From Blastocatellia bacterium (GTDB lineage Bacteria; Acidobacteriota; Blastocatellia; UBA7656), in assembly GCA_035649735.1 (NCBI GenBank), contig DASRIZ010000305.1, positions 14,998 through 78,997 on the forward strand: 64,000 nt of DNA, given 5' to 3'. The notes under the pieces are model-generated. The model was not told the DNA's origin, searched no databases, and saw only the letters and a program-made list of their open reading frames with translations. Each line of letters opens with the position of its first letter. Positions within the stretch are counted from its first letter, which is position 1. This document shows, piece after piece, positions 1-9,180 of the stretch. Made by a program: the position numbers and the translations under genes.

Positions 1-104
1 TGATATCGGGACGCAAGGCGTTTCAGAAGCCGATGCCCGAGGGTATCAAGATTCTCAACGCTATTCAGGATGTCTACCTCGCGCAAGAGATTACTGTTGC
101 CTGA
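1..104 (+). CDS. 3' end of an upstream CDS that runs off the window (last 33 codons ...[29 protein letters not shown])
   Basis: Frame 3 is open from the window edge to TGA at 102-104. Absent from the ORF track because it is shorter than 60 aa. Support is protein-like composition only. Confidence 0.3.
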   Translation, partial: ISGRKAFQKPMPEGIKILNAIQDVYLAQEITVA

Positions 105-120
105 GCCGAGGTCTAACCTA

Positions 121-462
121 ATGTCCGAAAAAGAGCAGGAAAAGAGTCCGGTTACCGTTGAGGAGCTGAAGGAGTCGCTCGCCGACCTGCGTTTTAGTGT
201 CTCGGAGTTTCAGGACAGCATCGGCGAATATCTGGTCGCCGTTGAGGAACTGTGGAGTGAGGTGAAGTCCCACCTTGCTTCGGTTGAGGCGCGACTTGCG
301 GGGTTAGAGGTCCAGCTCTCGGGTCTGTCGAGCGATGAGGAATGGCAACCCGAGAAGCTTAGCCAGATGCTGCGAGACCTCCGGGAAATTGGCGGGGGAA
401 TCGCGAGGATGCGCCAGCGATTCAGATCCTTTACCCAAGGTTACCGGGACAGGGTAAACTGA
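121..462 (+). CDS. Hypothetical coiled-coil protein
   Basis: ORF 70..462 trimmed to the ATG at 121, which is preceded by GAGG at 108-111. Heptad-like, E/L/R-rich sequence with no recognisable family motif. Confidence 0.5.
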   Translation: MSEKEQEKSPVTVEELKESLADLRFSVSEFQDSIGEYLVAVEELWSEVKSHLASVEARLAGLEVQLSGLSSDEEWQPEKLSQMLRDLREIGGGIARMRQRFRSFTQGYRDRVN

Positions 463-468
463 CGTCTG

Positions 469-1320
469 TCACTTGACCTCTTTGATGTTGGATGGCTTGG
501 CAAAGATCTTGTCGGGTAAGGCGACATTAAAAGTGACGGTGTCGAATCCTACGCGCGAGGTCTGTTTTCCGTTTCGATAGGAGTCCTGGATAGTTGGAAA
601 CTTGATGCCACCGAAATCAACCCACCGAAAGTAACGCGTCTCATTGTTCGTTGGTCCCTCTTCACTGACGGTCTTGTATTCAACCATTATCGGAAGCTTT
701 GACCGAGGATCGAAATGCACAGTCGCGGCTCCTCCATCGTTGAAGTCAACGCGCACGGCTTCTGAAAAAGTATTGCGCCACGGCTCGCGACGACCCAAAT
801 AGACGAGCTTCACGTTGGCAAGCTTTGAAGCCGTTCGCAACAGATTCTCGAGGTCGTACCGCGCGCCCAGTTGAAACTGTTTTACCTGCTCTTCCTTCTG
901 GTCCCGTATCATTCGCTGGCTCGCATCATAGACCCAGTTAGCCGTTTCGGAGTTGCTCTGAATAAACTTGGTATCGCCTTTGCCAAACTCGGTGCGCTCT
1001 CGTGCCGGGTAAACAAAGTAGTCGACGAATGGGCTCGGATCCCCGGAAACGCCCTTGTCAAAGGGGGTGAACTGCCCATGGCTCTCTACCGAGGATACTT
1101 TTAGAAACGCCTCGCCTCCGCGAGCGGCGACCGCCTCGCGTATCAATGCACTGGCTTTCGCCGGATCATTTTCATCGGATTCCTGAGCTATCGTAGCCAG
1201 GGGTAGAACGACTATTGCGACGAGCAGCCAGCGAGCAAGCAATACTGATGAACTCAACAAGGCAAACCTCCGAATAGAATGTCCCTTCAAATTGTATCGC
1301 AGAGACGGGGAGAGGCGCAT
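469..1320 (-). CDS. Secreted hypothetical protein, possibly LolA/lipoprotein-sorting-like fold (tentative)
   Basis: ORF 469..1539 trimmed to the internal ATG at 1320, because the long version overlaps the clp gene end and a terminator hairpin. A hydrophobic signal-like segment (LLARWLLVAIVVLPLATIAQ) follows this start. Confidence 0.65.
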   Translation of the reverse strand: MRLSPSLRYNLKGHSIRRFALLSSSVLLARWLLVAIVVLPLATIAQESDENDPAKASALIREAVAARGGEAFLKVSSVESHGQFTPFDKGVSGDPSPFVDYFVYPARERTEFGKGDTKFIQSNSETANWVYDASQRMIRDQKEEQVKQFQLGARYDLENLLRTASKLANVKLVYLGRREPWRNTFSEAVRVDFNDGGAATVHFDPRSKLPIMVEYKTVSEEGPTNNETRYFRWVDFGGIKFPTIQDSYRNGKQTSRVGFDTVTFNVALPDKIFAKPSNIKEVK

Positions 1321-1410
1321 GAGGAAAAGCGGGACAGCGGGTGGCGAAAGAGAATCCGGCTGGCCTCCGGAAGACAATGTATGAAATGGCCGTCCTTCGT
1401 AGGTTGAAAC

Positions 1411-1436
1411 TAAAAACCCCCAACTGAAGTTGGGGG
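1411..1436 (-). terminator. Rho-independent terminator downstream of the Clp ATPase gene
   Basis: Perfect palindrome CCCCCAACTGAAGTTGGGGG at 1417-1436. On the minus strand it is followed by TTTTT (plus-strand AAAAA at 1412-1416), 30 nt after the stop at 1467. Confidence 0.6.
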
Positions 1437-1466
1437 TGTTGAGAACCGTTCGGCCGTCCGCAGGAA

Positions 1467-3731
1467 TTAAGGCTGGGATACGTTGATCTTCAGTTCGCCG
1501 TCCTCGAAATCTACCGTAAAGTGTTCCGCTTCCTTCCAACGGGTGGTCATCGGGAGCTTTACGATCTCGTCGATTGTCCGCTTGAGGAATCGTGCGCCGT
1601 ACGCGGGGCTGAATCCTTTTTCGACGAGGTACACCACCGCGCTTTCGCTAACCTCAAGCTCCTTGCCCTGCCGTTTCATCTGGCGCTTTATGATTCCCAG
1701 ATACAACTCGGCAATCTGCTTGACTTCGTCTTGAGTCAACGGCGAGAACACGACTATCTCGTCGATGCGGTTGCGGAACTCCGGTGAGAATCGCTCCTCC
1801 GCCGCTTTTATGACCTCTCGCTTGATTTGCTTCACATCCGCAAGCGTCTTAGTGCCAAACCCGAGCGGCTTCATGTACTTCTTGAAACTATCCGACCCGA
1901 GGTTCGATGTCATAATAACGATTGCATCCGAAAGATAGACTTTTTTGCCACGCCCGTCGGTGATCCAGCCCTCGTCAAAGGCCTGCAAGAATAGATTGAG
2001 CAGATAGGGAGACGCTTTCTCAATCTCATCGAGTAACAACACCGTGTATGGATTGTCTCGAAGCCGCTCTGTCAATATTCCGCCGCGTTCGCTGCCGACG
2101 ATTCCCCTTGGCATCCCAATGAGCTTCTCTATGGCGATGGTACCATCCTGATACTCCGACATATCGATGCGGACCATCTTGTCGTCGTCACCGAACATGA
2201 ATTCAGCTACCGCTTTCGCCAGCTCGGTCTTGCCGACCCCGGTAGGGCCAAGGAACAACAGCACACCATCGGGCTTGTAAAAGTTCTCTTTGAGCGGGCC
2301 CTTGTTTAGCCGCAGCCGTTGAGCGACCGCCTTGATCGCTTCTCTCTGGCCAATTACACGGGCGCCAAGCCCGCTCTCCATATGCAGGAAGCGGTCATTT
2401 GTATCGCGGAAAATCATGTCCCGAGGTATTCGCGATTCCTGGCTTATCACATCGATGATGTGTTCGGAGCGAACCTCGGATAGCTCGGGTTGGCTGATCT
2501 CGACCTTTACCGACGCTGTGTCGAGCCAGCCGATCACCTTATCGGGCAGGTGTAGATTGCGAACATAGCGAGGCGCCATTTCGAGCGCGGTCTCGATTGC
2601 TTCATCGGAAATCGTCACCGAGTAGTTGCGTTCGAGTCTCGGGCGAACCCCCGCGATGATCTTGCGAGTGTCTTCGACAGAAGGTTCGTCGACTTTAACG
2701 AGCCGAAACCTCCTTGCAAGGGCTTCGTCTTCGGAGATGTACTCCTTGTACTCGGTCATCGTCGTTGCGCCGACTATCCGAATCTCGCCGCGAGCAAGCG
2801 CTGACTTGAACATGTTGGCTGCGTCCGAACTCGCTCCCAGAGCCGATCCCGCGCCAATGATCGTATGCGCCTCGTCGATAAACAGGATCAGGTTGTCTCG
2901 TTCCTTTACCTCACTGATGATTCCCTGGATACGTTCCTCGAACATCCCGCGAAGCATCGTGCCGGCGACGATGCCCGACATCTGGAGCTGAACGATATGC
3001 GAGCTCCGCAGACGCTGAGGAATACTCTCGGGTTCGAGCTCGATCTTCCGCGCCAGGCCCTCGACCACCGCAGTCTTGCCGACACCCGCCTCGCCGACGA
3101 GCATTGGCGAATTCGCGCGCTCGCGATGGCAGAGTATCTCGACAATCTGTCTGATCTCTTCATTTCGTCCGATGACCGGCGGAAGCTTGTCCTGACGAGC
3201 GAGCTTGTTCAGGCTTACCCCAAAGTGCTTCAGATAAGGCGGGAGCTCGTAGCGGCGACGATACTTTTCTTCCTTTTCTTCGTGACTTCGCACCCGCGTC
3301 GCGATCTTCTGCATAACCATCTCGCGGTCCGCGCCTAACCTCCGGAGCAACTCGACCGGGTAACTATGAGTATCGGTAAACAGAGCGTAGAAAAGATCGG
3401 TCGACTCGATCAGTCTGCGACCCTGCTCGCGTGAATGTTTCAGCGCATTTGACAGCAACGTCCTGAGCGGCTCGGAGATTTTCATGCCGCGTCCAAGGTA
3501 GTCGCGCTGATCAAGCTTGGTCTCCAGCGCCTGGATAACGACCTGCGGGTCCAGGTTGAGGCTTTGCATTACCTCGTTGAAGAAAGGTCGCTCTACTTCG
3601 GCGATCGAAACGAAAAGATGCTCAGGAGCAAGCTGATTGTGATCGCGTCCACGAGCTTCTTCGTAGGCCTTGCGAATCAGCCGCCTGCCGCTCTCTGCAA
3701 TCTTGTCGGTATAAATTTCGAGGTCGATCAT
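1467..3731 (-). CDS. ClpA/ClpC-type AAA+ unfoldase (two ATPase modules, Clp N-domain)
   Basis: Two Walker A motifs (GEAGVGKTAVVEGL and GPTGVGKTELAKAV) and an N-terminal Clp_N-like repeat. There is no long ClpB middle domain. A PLGFG tripeptide loop is consistent with ClpP docking. Length 754 aa. Confidence 0.9.
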   Translation of the reverse strand: MIDLEIYTDKIAESGRRLIRKAYEEARGRDHNQLAPEHLFVSIAEVERPFFNEVMQSLNLDPQVVIQALETKLDQRDYLGRGMKISEPLRTLLSNALKHSREQGRRLIESTDLFYALFTDTHSYPVELLRRLGADREMVMQKIATRVRSHEEKEEKYRRRYELPPYLKHFGVSLNKLARQDKLPPVIGRNEEIRQIVEILCHRERANSPMLVGEAGVGKTAVVEGLARKIELEPESIPQRLRSSHIVQLQMSGIVAGTMLRGMFEERIQGIISEVKERDNLILFIDEAHTIIGAGSALGASSDAANMFKSALARGEIRIVGATTMTEYKEYISEDEALARRFRLVKVDEPSVEDTRKIIAGVRPRLERNYSVTISDEAIETALEMAPRYVRNLHLPDKVIGWLDTASVKVEISQPELSEVRSEHIIDVISQESRIPRDMIFRDTNDRFLHMESGLGARVIGQREAIKAVAQRLRLNKGPLKENFYKPDGVLLFLGPTGVGKTELAKAVAEFMFGDDDKMVRIDMSEYQDGTIAIEKLIGMPRGIVGSERGGILTERLRDNPYTVLLLDEIEKASPYLLNLFLQAFDEGWITDGRGKKVYLSDAIVIMTSNLGSDSFKKYMKPLGFGTKTLADVKQIKREVIKAAEERFSPEFRNRIDEIVVFSPLTQDEVKQIAELYLGIIKRQMKRQGKELEVSESAVVYLVEKGFSPAYGARFLKRTIDEIVKLPMTTRWKEAEHFTVDFEDGELKINVSQP

Positions 3732-3896
3732 TAGTTGTTACTTCCCGCGTCCCCGGCGCCCTTTCGATCGAAGCAGTATGTCTCCCAATCACGGGAGCCG
3801 AACGCAGTATATCAGATGCAAAAAGTGTCCTCAAGAATAGCCACTTTCAGCGTGGCTTTGTCCAGCAGACTTCAGTCTTCACGGGCCGGGGGCAAT

Positions 3897-3916
3897 CGAC
3901 AAACTGAAGTTTGTCG
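3897..3916. repeat. 20-nt perfect palindrome CGACAAACTGAAGTTTGTCG
   Basis: Read directly. Lies 3 nt downstream of the VWA gene stop. The same 20-mer recurs at 18946-18965, with a degenerate copy at 57287-57308. Confidence 0.8.
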
Positions 3917-3918
3917 GG

Positions 3919-5064
3919 CTAGAGACGATGGTGAAAGCGTGTGAGCACGGGCTGAATGCGCGAGATGAGAACCCGTCCTGCCAACTCAGCATCAACTGAG
4001 TCGCTTATGCGGGCCTCTCGTTTCTCAATCATATTTGCGTAAATACCGCGCCGCGAGCGAATCTGGAGCCCGGGTATCGTCGCGTATACGTTGATGGCGT
4101 GGAACTTCGTGTCGTTGGGTTGACGCTCGGTTGAGTAGGCGAATAAGTACTCGGCGCCGATTTCGGTGACTATCTGAGGGCTGAGTCTTCCAAATTCTTC
4201 GCGGTTTCCTGGGAGCCAAATCGCGCCGCCGGTTTCCTCGGCTAAGCCTTTCAGGGTGATCTCTGCCGCCTCGAGTTGTCGATAGTAGGCTCGCAGCTTC
4301 TCTATTCGTTTCCGAGACTGTGGATCGAGCATCTCGTACCACGACATCGAATTAAAAGCTCGCGGCTTTATCTCTCGCAGCAATATTGAGCCCTGACTGA
4401 CGATGTAGACCGTCGCGCGCGATCGATGTAGCGCAGTAAGAACATTCTCAAAATCCAGTTCGTCAAAGGAGTCGACCCCGTCGGTCATAATTACTACACT
4501 GCGGCGCCCGCTCACCTTCGGCAAAACTTCGACCGCGGCATACATGAGGGTCCGGTAGAAATCCGATTTAAGACCGGGTTTGAACTTCCATTCGAGCGTA
4601 CGCCTTAACGCTTCCTTGTCCCCCGTCCACTGCGAGAGCAGACTGGTCTTCTCCGCATAGGTGATCACCGCAGCCTTATCCTGCTCGCCAAGCGAATCGA
4701 CCATTCTGAGAGCAAGGTCGCGGTTGATGGCCACATTCTTGAGCGTGCTGTCACCACCCGCGTCGAGGATGAACAGAATGTTTGCGGGCGTGTGCATCAC
4801 GGAGTTGATAACCTGCCGCTTGCCGTCCTCGGTGAGGATGAAATCAGTTCGTTGAAGATTAGGGGGAAGTCGTCCGAGATCGCTATGGACGCTAACCGGC
4901 AGCAAAACTTCTTCGACCCGCAGCCGAATCGCGTCCCTGTCGTCGCGTTGTTGAGGAACTTTCGGTTCCCCACGCATGCGGCCGCTCTGGGCGTGCACCG
5001 GCGCCACCGAAGCAATGATCACCCAGAGTAGGGTTGCTGCCTCTGCCTTCAGCTTGAGCGACAT
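3919..5064 (-). CDS. VWA domain-containing secreted protein (acidobacterial VWFA-related type)
   Basis: ORF 3919..5094 trimmed to the ATG at 5064, where the signal peptide begins (MSLKLKAEAATLLWVIIASVAPVHAQ). VWA/MIDAS-like ILFILDAGGDS and VVIMTDGVDS segments. Paralogous to 21418..23544. Confidence 0.8.
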   Translation of the reverse strand: MSLKLKAEAATLLWVIIASVAPVHAQSGRMRGEPKVPQQRDDRDAIRLRVEEVLLPVSVHSDLGRLPPNLQRTDFILTEDGKRQVINSVMHTPANILFILDAGGDSTLKNVAINRDLALRMVDSLGEQDKAAVITYAEKTSLLSQWTGDKEALRRTLEWKFKPGLKSDFYRTLMYAAVEVLPKVSGRRSVVIMTDGVDSFDELDFENVLTALHRSRATVYIVSQGSILLREIKPRAFNSMSWYEMLDPQSRKRIEKLRAYYRQLEAAEITLKGLAEETGGAIWLPGNREEFGRLSPQIVTEIGAEYLFAYSTERQPNDTKFHAINVYATIPGLQIRSRRGIYANMIEKREARISDSVDAELAGRVLISRIQPVLTRFHHRL

Positions 5065-5143
5065 GTCAAATCCCCCAGGAGATCGATCCGCCAATGATGA
5101 GAGATCCCGCCTCGTTTGCGCGCCTTAGAGTTTACTAGAAGTT

Positions 5144-6325
5144 TTAAACAAATGAAACGAATACTTCGTTAGAAAGCAAGCGTCCCTCGGGCGTCAGAGT
5201 CAACCGGCCGCCGCCGATCTCTATCAGCCCGGCATCGGTCAGCCGTGGAAGTTCGGCGCCATAGCGCTCGATTACGTCCACGCCATATTCGGTCCTGAAC
5301 TCTGTCAGGCTAACGCCTTCCCTTAGTCGCAACCCCATGAACAAAGCTTCAGCCGCGCGGTCGGCTTCACTCAGTTCGGTACGTTCGGCTATGGCGTTTC
5401 CTGCTTTCGCGATCCTGTCGATGTATGTTTCGGTCTTCAACACATTAAACCATCTGGCGCCTCCATCGTAAGAATGCGCGCCGCAACCGATGCCATAGAA
5501 GGTTTCGCCAGTCCAGTATTTGGAGTTGTGTTTTGATCTGAATTGACTGAACCGTTCAGACGTATTGGGCCCGGCGATCCGAGCAAAGTTGGAGATTTCG
5601 TAGTGCTCATAGTCTGCGGCTTGTGTGGCGGCGCTTATCATCCGGTACATTTCGGCCGTGAGATCATCATCAGGCTCCGGCCGCAGACCGCGTTTTAGTT
5701 GAGCGAAGAGCTGCGTGCCCTCTTTGAGATCCAGCATATAAAGCGACAAGTGCTCGGGCGTTATCATCAGGGCTTCGCGTAGATTGTATTCCCAATCCGC
5801 TAGAGATTGTTCCGGCAAACCGGCGATCAAATCGAGACTTATGTTCTTGAATCCAGAAGCGCGCAAAACGTCGATAGTACTACGCGCTTCGATAGCGCTG
5901 TGGGTGCGGCTAAGTGAAAGCAACTCGCGATCGATAAACGACTGCACACCAACACTCGCGCGATTAATTCCGGCGCTCAACCACTTATCAACTTTTGTGC
6001 CGGCGAGGGTTGCGGGATTCACTTCGATTGTGACTTCGCAGTCAGGCGAAACGTCAAATACCGCGCGACAAGTGGCCAGTAGCTTCTCCAGTTGATCCGC
6101 TTCGACAATCGAAGGGGTGCCGCCACCAAAGTAAATCGTGTCCACCTGAGCGCGGTCACCCGACTGCCGCACCAGGTGCTTTCCCCACCACGTGATCTCA
6201 CGGGCTACTGCGTCGATGTAGCGCGCGGCCAGCTCGTCAAAGAAATCAGTAGTGTTGAAGTTGCAGTACGTACATTTGCGTTCGCAAAAGGGGATGTGTA
6301 TATAAATGCCGGCTTGCTTTTGCAC
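5144..6325 (-). CDS. hemW: Radical SAM heme chaperone HemW / coproporphyrinogen-III oxidase-like
   Basis: IYIHIPFCERKCTYCNF radical-SAM CxxxCxxC motif close to the N-terminus, plus a HemN-like C-domain. The ORF-track start at 6388 translates the heptamer repeat, so I prefer the GTG at 6325 (VQKQAGIYIHIPFC). The start remains uncertain. Confidence 0.85.
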   Translation of the reverse strand: MQKQAGIYIHIPFCERKCTYCNFNTTDFFDELAARYIDAVAREITWWGKHLVRQSGDRAQVDTIYFGGGTPSIVEADQLEKLLATCRAVFDVSPDCEVTIEVNPATLAGTKVDKWLSAGINRASVGVQSFIDRELLSLSRTHSAIEARSTIDVLRASGFKNISLDLIAGLPEQSLADWEYNLREALMITPEHLSLYMLDLKEGTQLFAQLKRGLRPEPDDDLTAEMYRMISAATQAADYEHYEISNFARIAGPNTSERFSQFRSKHNSKYWTGETFYGIGCGAHSYDGGARWFNVLKTETYIDRIAKAGNAIAERTELSEADRAAEALFMGLRLREGVSLTEFRTEYGVDVIERYGAELPRLTDAGLIEIGGGRLTLTPEGRLLSNEVFVSFV

Positions 6326-6337
6326 CAGGCGATTATA

Positions 6338-6587
6338 GCAAAGAGCAAAGGGCAAAGAGCAAAGGGCGAAGAGCAAAGGGCAAGTCATTGGTCATTAGTC
6401 ATTAGTCATTGGTTAGTAGTCATTGGTCGGTTGTCCTAGTGACTACAGTATTAAACTCGCCATTGGCTACCAATGACCAATGACTAATGGCTAATGACCA
6501 ATGACTTCCCCCTTCCCCTTGCTCTTCGCTCTTCGCCCTTTGCGCTTTGCTCTTTGTCTTTACTCTTTGCCCTTGGCCCTTTGCCCT
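6338..6587. repeat. Composite 250-bp foldback built from two heptamer tandem-repeat blocks
   Basis: Left arm: 6 units of GCRAAGR (6338-6379), then 6-7 units of GTYATTR (6384-6432). Right arm: CAATGAC/TAATGAC units (6461-6505), then about 12 YCTTTGC-like units (6506-6587). The arms are reverse-complementary block by block. Confidence 0.9.
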
Positions 6588-6686
6588 GATATTCTTGCTT
6601 CGCAATTCACAGCCCCCCTGATACAAACAATCCTTGCGGTGTATTCTGGAAGAAGCTACTGCTTACTCAAGGGCAAACACGGAGCG

Positions 6687-7652
6687 ATGATGAGCTATCC
6701 TGATAAAATTGCCGGTCAGAGGATCGTGGTTACCGGAGGAGCCGGCTTCGTCGGGTCAAATGTTGTTCGCAGACTGCTGACCGAGAATGCCCGCGTTGTT
6801 GTCCTTGATGACTTCTACACGGGCGACGACAACAACCTCCCAACCGGTGAACCGAACCTCGAGGTAGTTCGTGGCAGCGTGACCGATTACGACCTCGTCC
6901 GCGATGTGACCGCGGGCGCAAGTCTGGTATTTCACCTGGCGGCTCGCAATATAATCGTCTCGACTCGAAATCCAAGAGAAGACTACGAAGTGAATATCGG
7001 CGGCACACTCAATGTGCTGCTGGCGGCGCGGGAATCAAACATACCCAGGGTCGTCTATTCATCTTCAACCTCCGTCTACGGCAATCCGCGCTATCTGCCG
7101 ATCAACGAAGACGACGCAACCAACATGCTGAGCCCATACGCGGTTTCAAAATTCGCCGGTGAGAACTATTGCAAAGCATTTTACGAGAGCTATGGGTTAT
7201 CGTCGGCGGTGGTTCGATACTCGAATGTCTACGGTACCGCGCAGCGTCCAGACAATCCCTACTGTGGTGTGGTCGCAAAATTCTTCGAATCGGCGATGAA
7301 AGGAGAACCGCCGCGAATTCACGGCGATGGCGAACAGACTCGCGACTTTACATATATTGACGACGTTGTGGAAGCCACGCTGCTTGCGGGAATCAGTCCC
7401 AAGGCGGACGGGCAGGTCTACAACGTCGGGACTGGACGCGAGGTAACCGTCAACCAGCTTGCCCGCACGATAATCGAAATAACCGGTGCGAATCTCGAGC
7501 CCGCTTTCGTCGATCGCCGGGACATTGACAACATTCGAAGACGCGTCGTAAACATCGAGAAAATCCGGCGGGAGCTGCGCTGGATCCCGACCTTCACCGT
7601 CGAGCAAGGTCTGCGGCGAACTTATCAATGGCTAAAAGAAACATCCAAGTGA
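6687..7652 (+). CDS. NAD-dependent sugar-nucleotide epimerase/dehydratase (SDR, UDP-glucose 4-epimerase / UDP-glucuronate decarboxylase-like)
   Basis: ORF 6501..7652 trimmed to the ATG at 6687 (GGAG at 6681-6684), because the earlier part translates the repeat. VTGGAGFVGSN Rossmann motif and the YAVSK catalytic YxxxK. Confidence 0.85.
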   Translation: MMSYPDKIAGQRIVVTGGAGFVGSNVVRRLLTENARVVVLDDFYTGDDNNLPTGEPNLEVVRGSVTDYDLVRDVTAGASLVFHLAARNIIVSTRNPREDYEVNIGGTLNVLLAARESNIPRVVYSSSTSVYGNPRYLPINEDDATNMLSPYAVSKFAGENYCKAFYESYGLSSAVVRYSNVYGTAQRPDNPYCGVVAKFFESAMKGEPPRIHGDGEQTRDFTYIDDVVEATLLAGISPKADGQVYNVGTGREVTVNQLARTIIEITGANLEPAFVDRRDIDNIRRRVVNIEKIRRELRWIPTFTVEQGLRRTYQWLKETSK

Positions 7653-8425
7653 ATACCAAGGTGATAGCAGGCGTCACTGATTCAGCTGAAAAGCTCTTGC
7701 GGGGAACCGGCCAGCCACGCGTGTTGTGTGTGGCTCCGGCGTGGAACGAGGGCGAACGTATTGCGCGAGTTGTGCAAGCCGTGCCCGGTGAATTCGTGGA
7801 AACAACTGTAGTGGTGGATGACGGTTCCGGGGATGACACCGCTTTTCACGCTGAGAACAGCGGCGCAATCGTGATTAGCAGCGGCGCGAATCGAGGTGTT
7901 GGCGCCGCGATTCGAAGCGGCATTGATTACGCCATCGCCAACGGTTACGACATCGTGGTAATCGTGTCCGGCGGCGGCAAGACCCCGCCCGAACAAATCC
8001 CAAGGCTGCTTGATCCGATCATAAACGGCGAGGTCGAACTCGCCCAGGGGTCCCGATACCTGGATGGAGGCGAGTATCTGAGGATGCCTTTGCGACGCAG
8101 ACTTGGCACACGCGGCTACACGATCCTGTTTTCGCTATTCTGTCGCCACCGAGTCACCGATGCCTCGAGCGGTTTTCGAGCGATCAGACTCTCACTGTTT
8201 GACGATAAGCGAATAGATCTGTGGCAGGACTGGCTCGATCGATATGAACTCGAGCCTTACTTGCTTTTCAAGGCGCTGCGGCTCGGACACAAAGTTGTGG
8301 AGGTACCGGTGACGATCGAGTATCCAAAGACCGACGGAATTGCTTATACAAAGATGCGGGCGATTACCGATTGGTGGAAGATATTTCGACCCGTGATTTT
8401 CCTTGGGTTAGGGCTGAAACGTTAA
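7628..8425 (+). CDS. Family 2 glycosyltransferase (dolichol-phosphate mannosyltransferase-like)
   Basis: GT2 pattern: VAPAWNEGERI near the N-terminus and VVVDDGSGDDT. Overlaps the epimerase end by 25 nt, so an operon is likely. A later start is possible. Confidence 0.8.
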   Translation: MAKRNIQVNTKVIAGVTDSAEKLLRGTGQPRVLCVAPAWNEGERIARVVQAVPGEFVETTVVVDDGSGDDTAFHAENSGAIVISSGANRGVGAAIRSGIDYAIANGYDIVVIVSGGGKTPPEQIPRLLDPIINGEVELAQGSRYLDGGEYLRMPLRRRLGTRGYTILFSLFCRHRVTDASSGFRAIRLSLFDDKRIDLWQDWLDRYELEPYLLFKALRLGHKVVEVPVTIEYPKTDGIAYTKMRAITDWWKIFRPVIFLGLGLKR

Positions 8426-8514
8426 CAGTCCAGACGACCCGGAGAATGGTCAGGCGCCTCAAGCCCTTCCTTACCTAATGACAGCTTGAGAACAATCGCG
8501 GAATAGGGAGAAGC

Positions 8515-8572
8515 ACGTAGCGTAGCCACGATGAACCTGGCTTTGGTCGGGTTCATTCGTAGCTACGCAACG
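8515..8572. repeat. Imperfect 58-nt hairpin (CGTAGCGTAGCCACGATGAACC ... GGTTCATTCGTAGCTACGCAACG)
   Basis: Inverted repeat read directly in the intergenic region between the GT2 gene and the convergent 8674 gene. Confidence 0.6.
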
Positions 8573-8673
8573 AGGTCGTAGAAAGGCCACTGCTTTGGCA
8601 GGTTACAATGACCTGCCCAAACTTGGTCGTCCGCACGGACGCCGCTGGCAAGGTACTTACTTCCCGTTGTCGA

Positions 8674-9180
8674 TTAAGGCGTGGTAGTAAGACAGTCTTT
8701 TGTCGGGGGATTAGTGATCGATCGGGCCAGCTCGCTTCGAAACTGTCCGAAGTGGCCGCGAACCTCCCCCATATTCACCCCAGCTTCCTTAGTGATTTGA
8801 CCGATTGACATTCCTGCAACAAGGTCGGCAATGATTGAATCCAGCGACACATCGATTCTGTCTGCTAGAAGGACTGCGGCAACAAACTGCCCGAATGGAA
8901 AATCGGTCAGAGCCTCAAACTTGTCTCTGAGCTCTTGCGCCGTGCCGACGCCAGTGGTGTGAGCGGCCAGGATGCAAAATACCACTTTTCGTCCGAGCTG
9001 ATCCGCGGTTTCTTCGGCTTTCGCTCCGGTCTTGTTGGCCTCTTTATTAAGCTGCTTCATTTCCTGCTTCTCGGCCTTCTTATCGCTCTTACCTTGCGCA
9101 AGAGCCTGGTTCGCGGTTTGCGAAACAAGAAACGCTGCGGCAAAAAGTACTAGTGCTAATCTCAATCCAGAACCTTTCAT
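8674..9180 (-). CDS. Hypothetical secreted protein
   Basis: Strong AGGAGG RBS before the ATG at 9180. Signal peptide MKGSGLRLALVLFAAAFLVSQTANQALA, followed by a lysine-rich low-complexity linker. No family recognised. Confidence 0.7.
   Translation of the reverse strand: MKGSGLRLALVLFAAAFLVSQTANQALAQGKSDKKAEKQEMKQLNKEANKTGAKAEETADQLGRKVVFCILAAHTTGVGTAQELRDKFEALTDFPFGQFVAAVLLADRIDVSLDSIIADLVAGMSIGQITKEAGVNMGEVRGHFGQFRSELARSITNPPTKDCLTTTP

Noticed and set aside
1321-1539. Long version of ORF 469..1539, which overlaps the 3' end of the Clp ATPase gene.
   Set aside because: It would overlap the clp coding region and read through the terminator hairpin at 1417-1436. The signal-peptide-like segment starts only after the internal ATG at 1320.
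6326-6388. N-terminal extension of the hemW ORF (MTCPLLFALCSLPFALCYNRL...). The same kind of extension occurs at 6501-6686 (epimerase), 43137-43250 (argC), 18925-18984 (ddl), 32818-32901 (coxL) and 39407-39535 (PLDc_N).
   Set aside because: These segments are literal translations of the heptamer, hairpin or palindrome repeats (low-complexity periodic peptides). They lack RBSs, and internal starts with SD sequences give N-termini that match the known families. I treat them as non-coding.
6338-6587. Possibility that the periodic repeat loci (6338, 20161, 29350, 32829, 36244) are CRISPR arrays.
   Set aside because: The period is 7 nt with no unique spacers, the units are contiguous, the arms are mutually complementary, and no cas genes are present. 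This is not CRISPR architecture.
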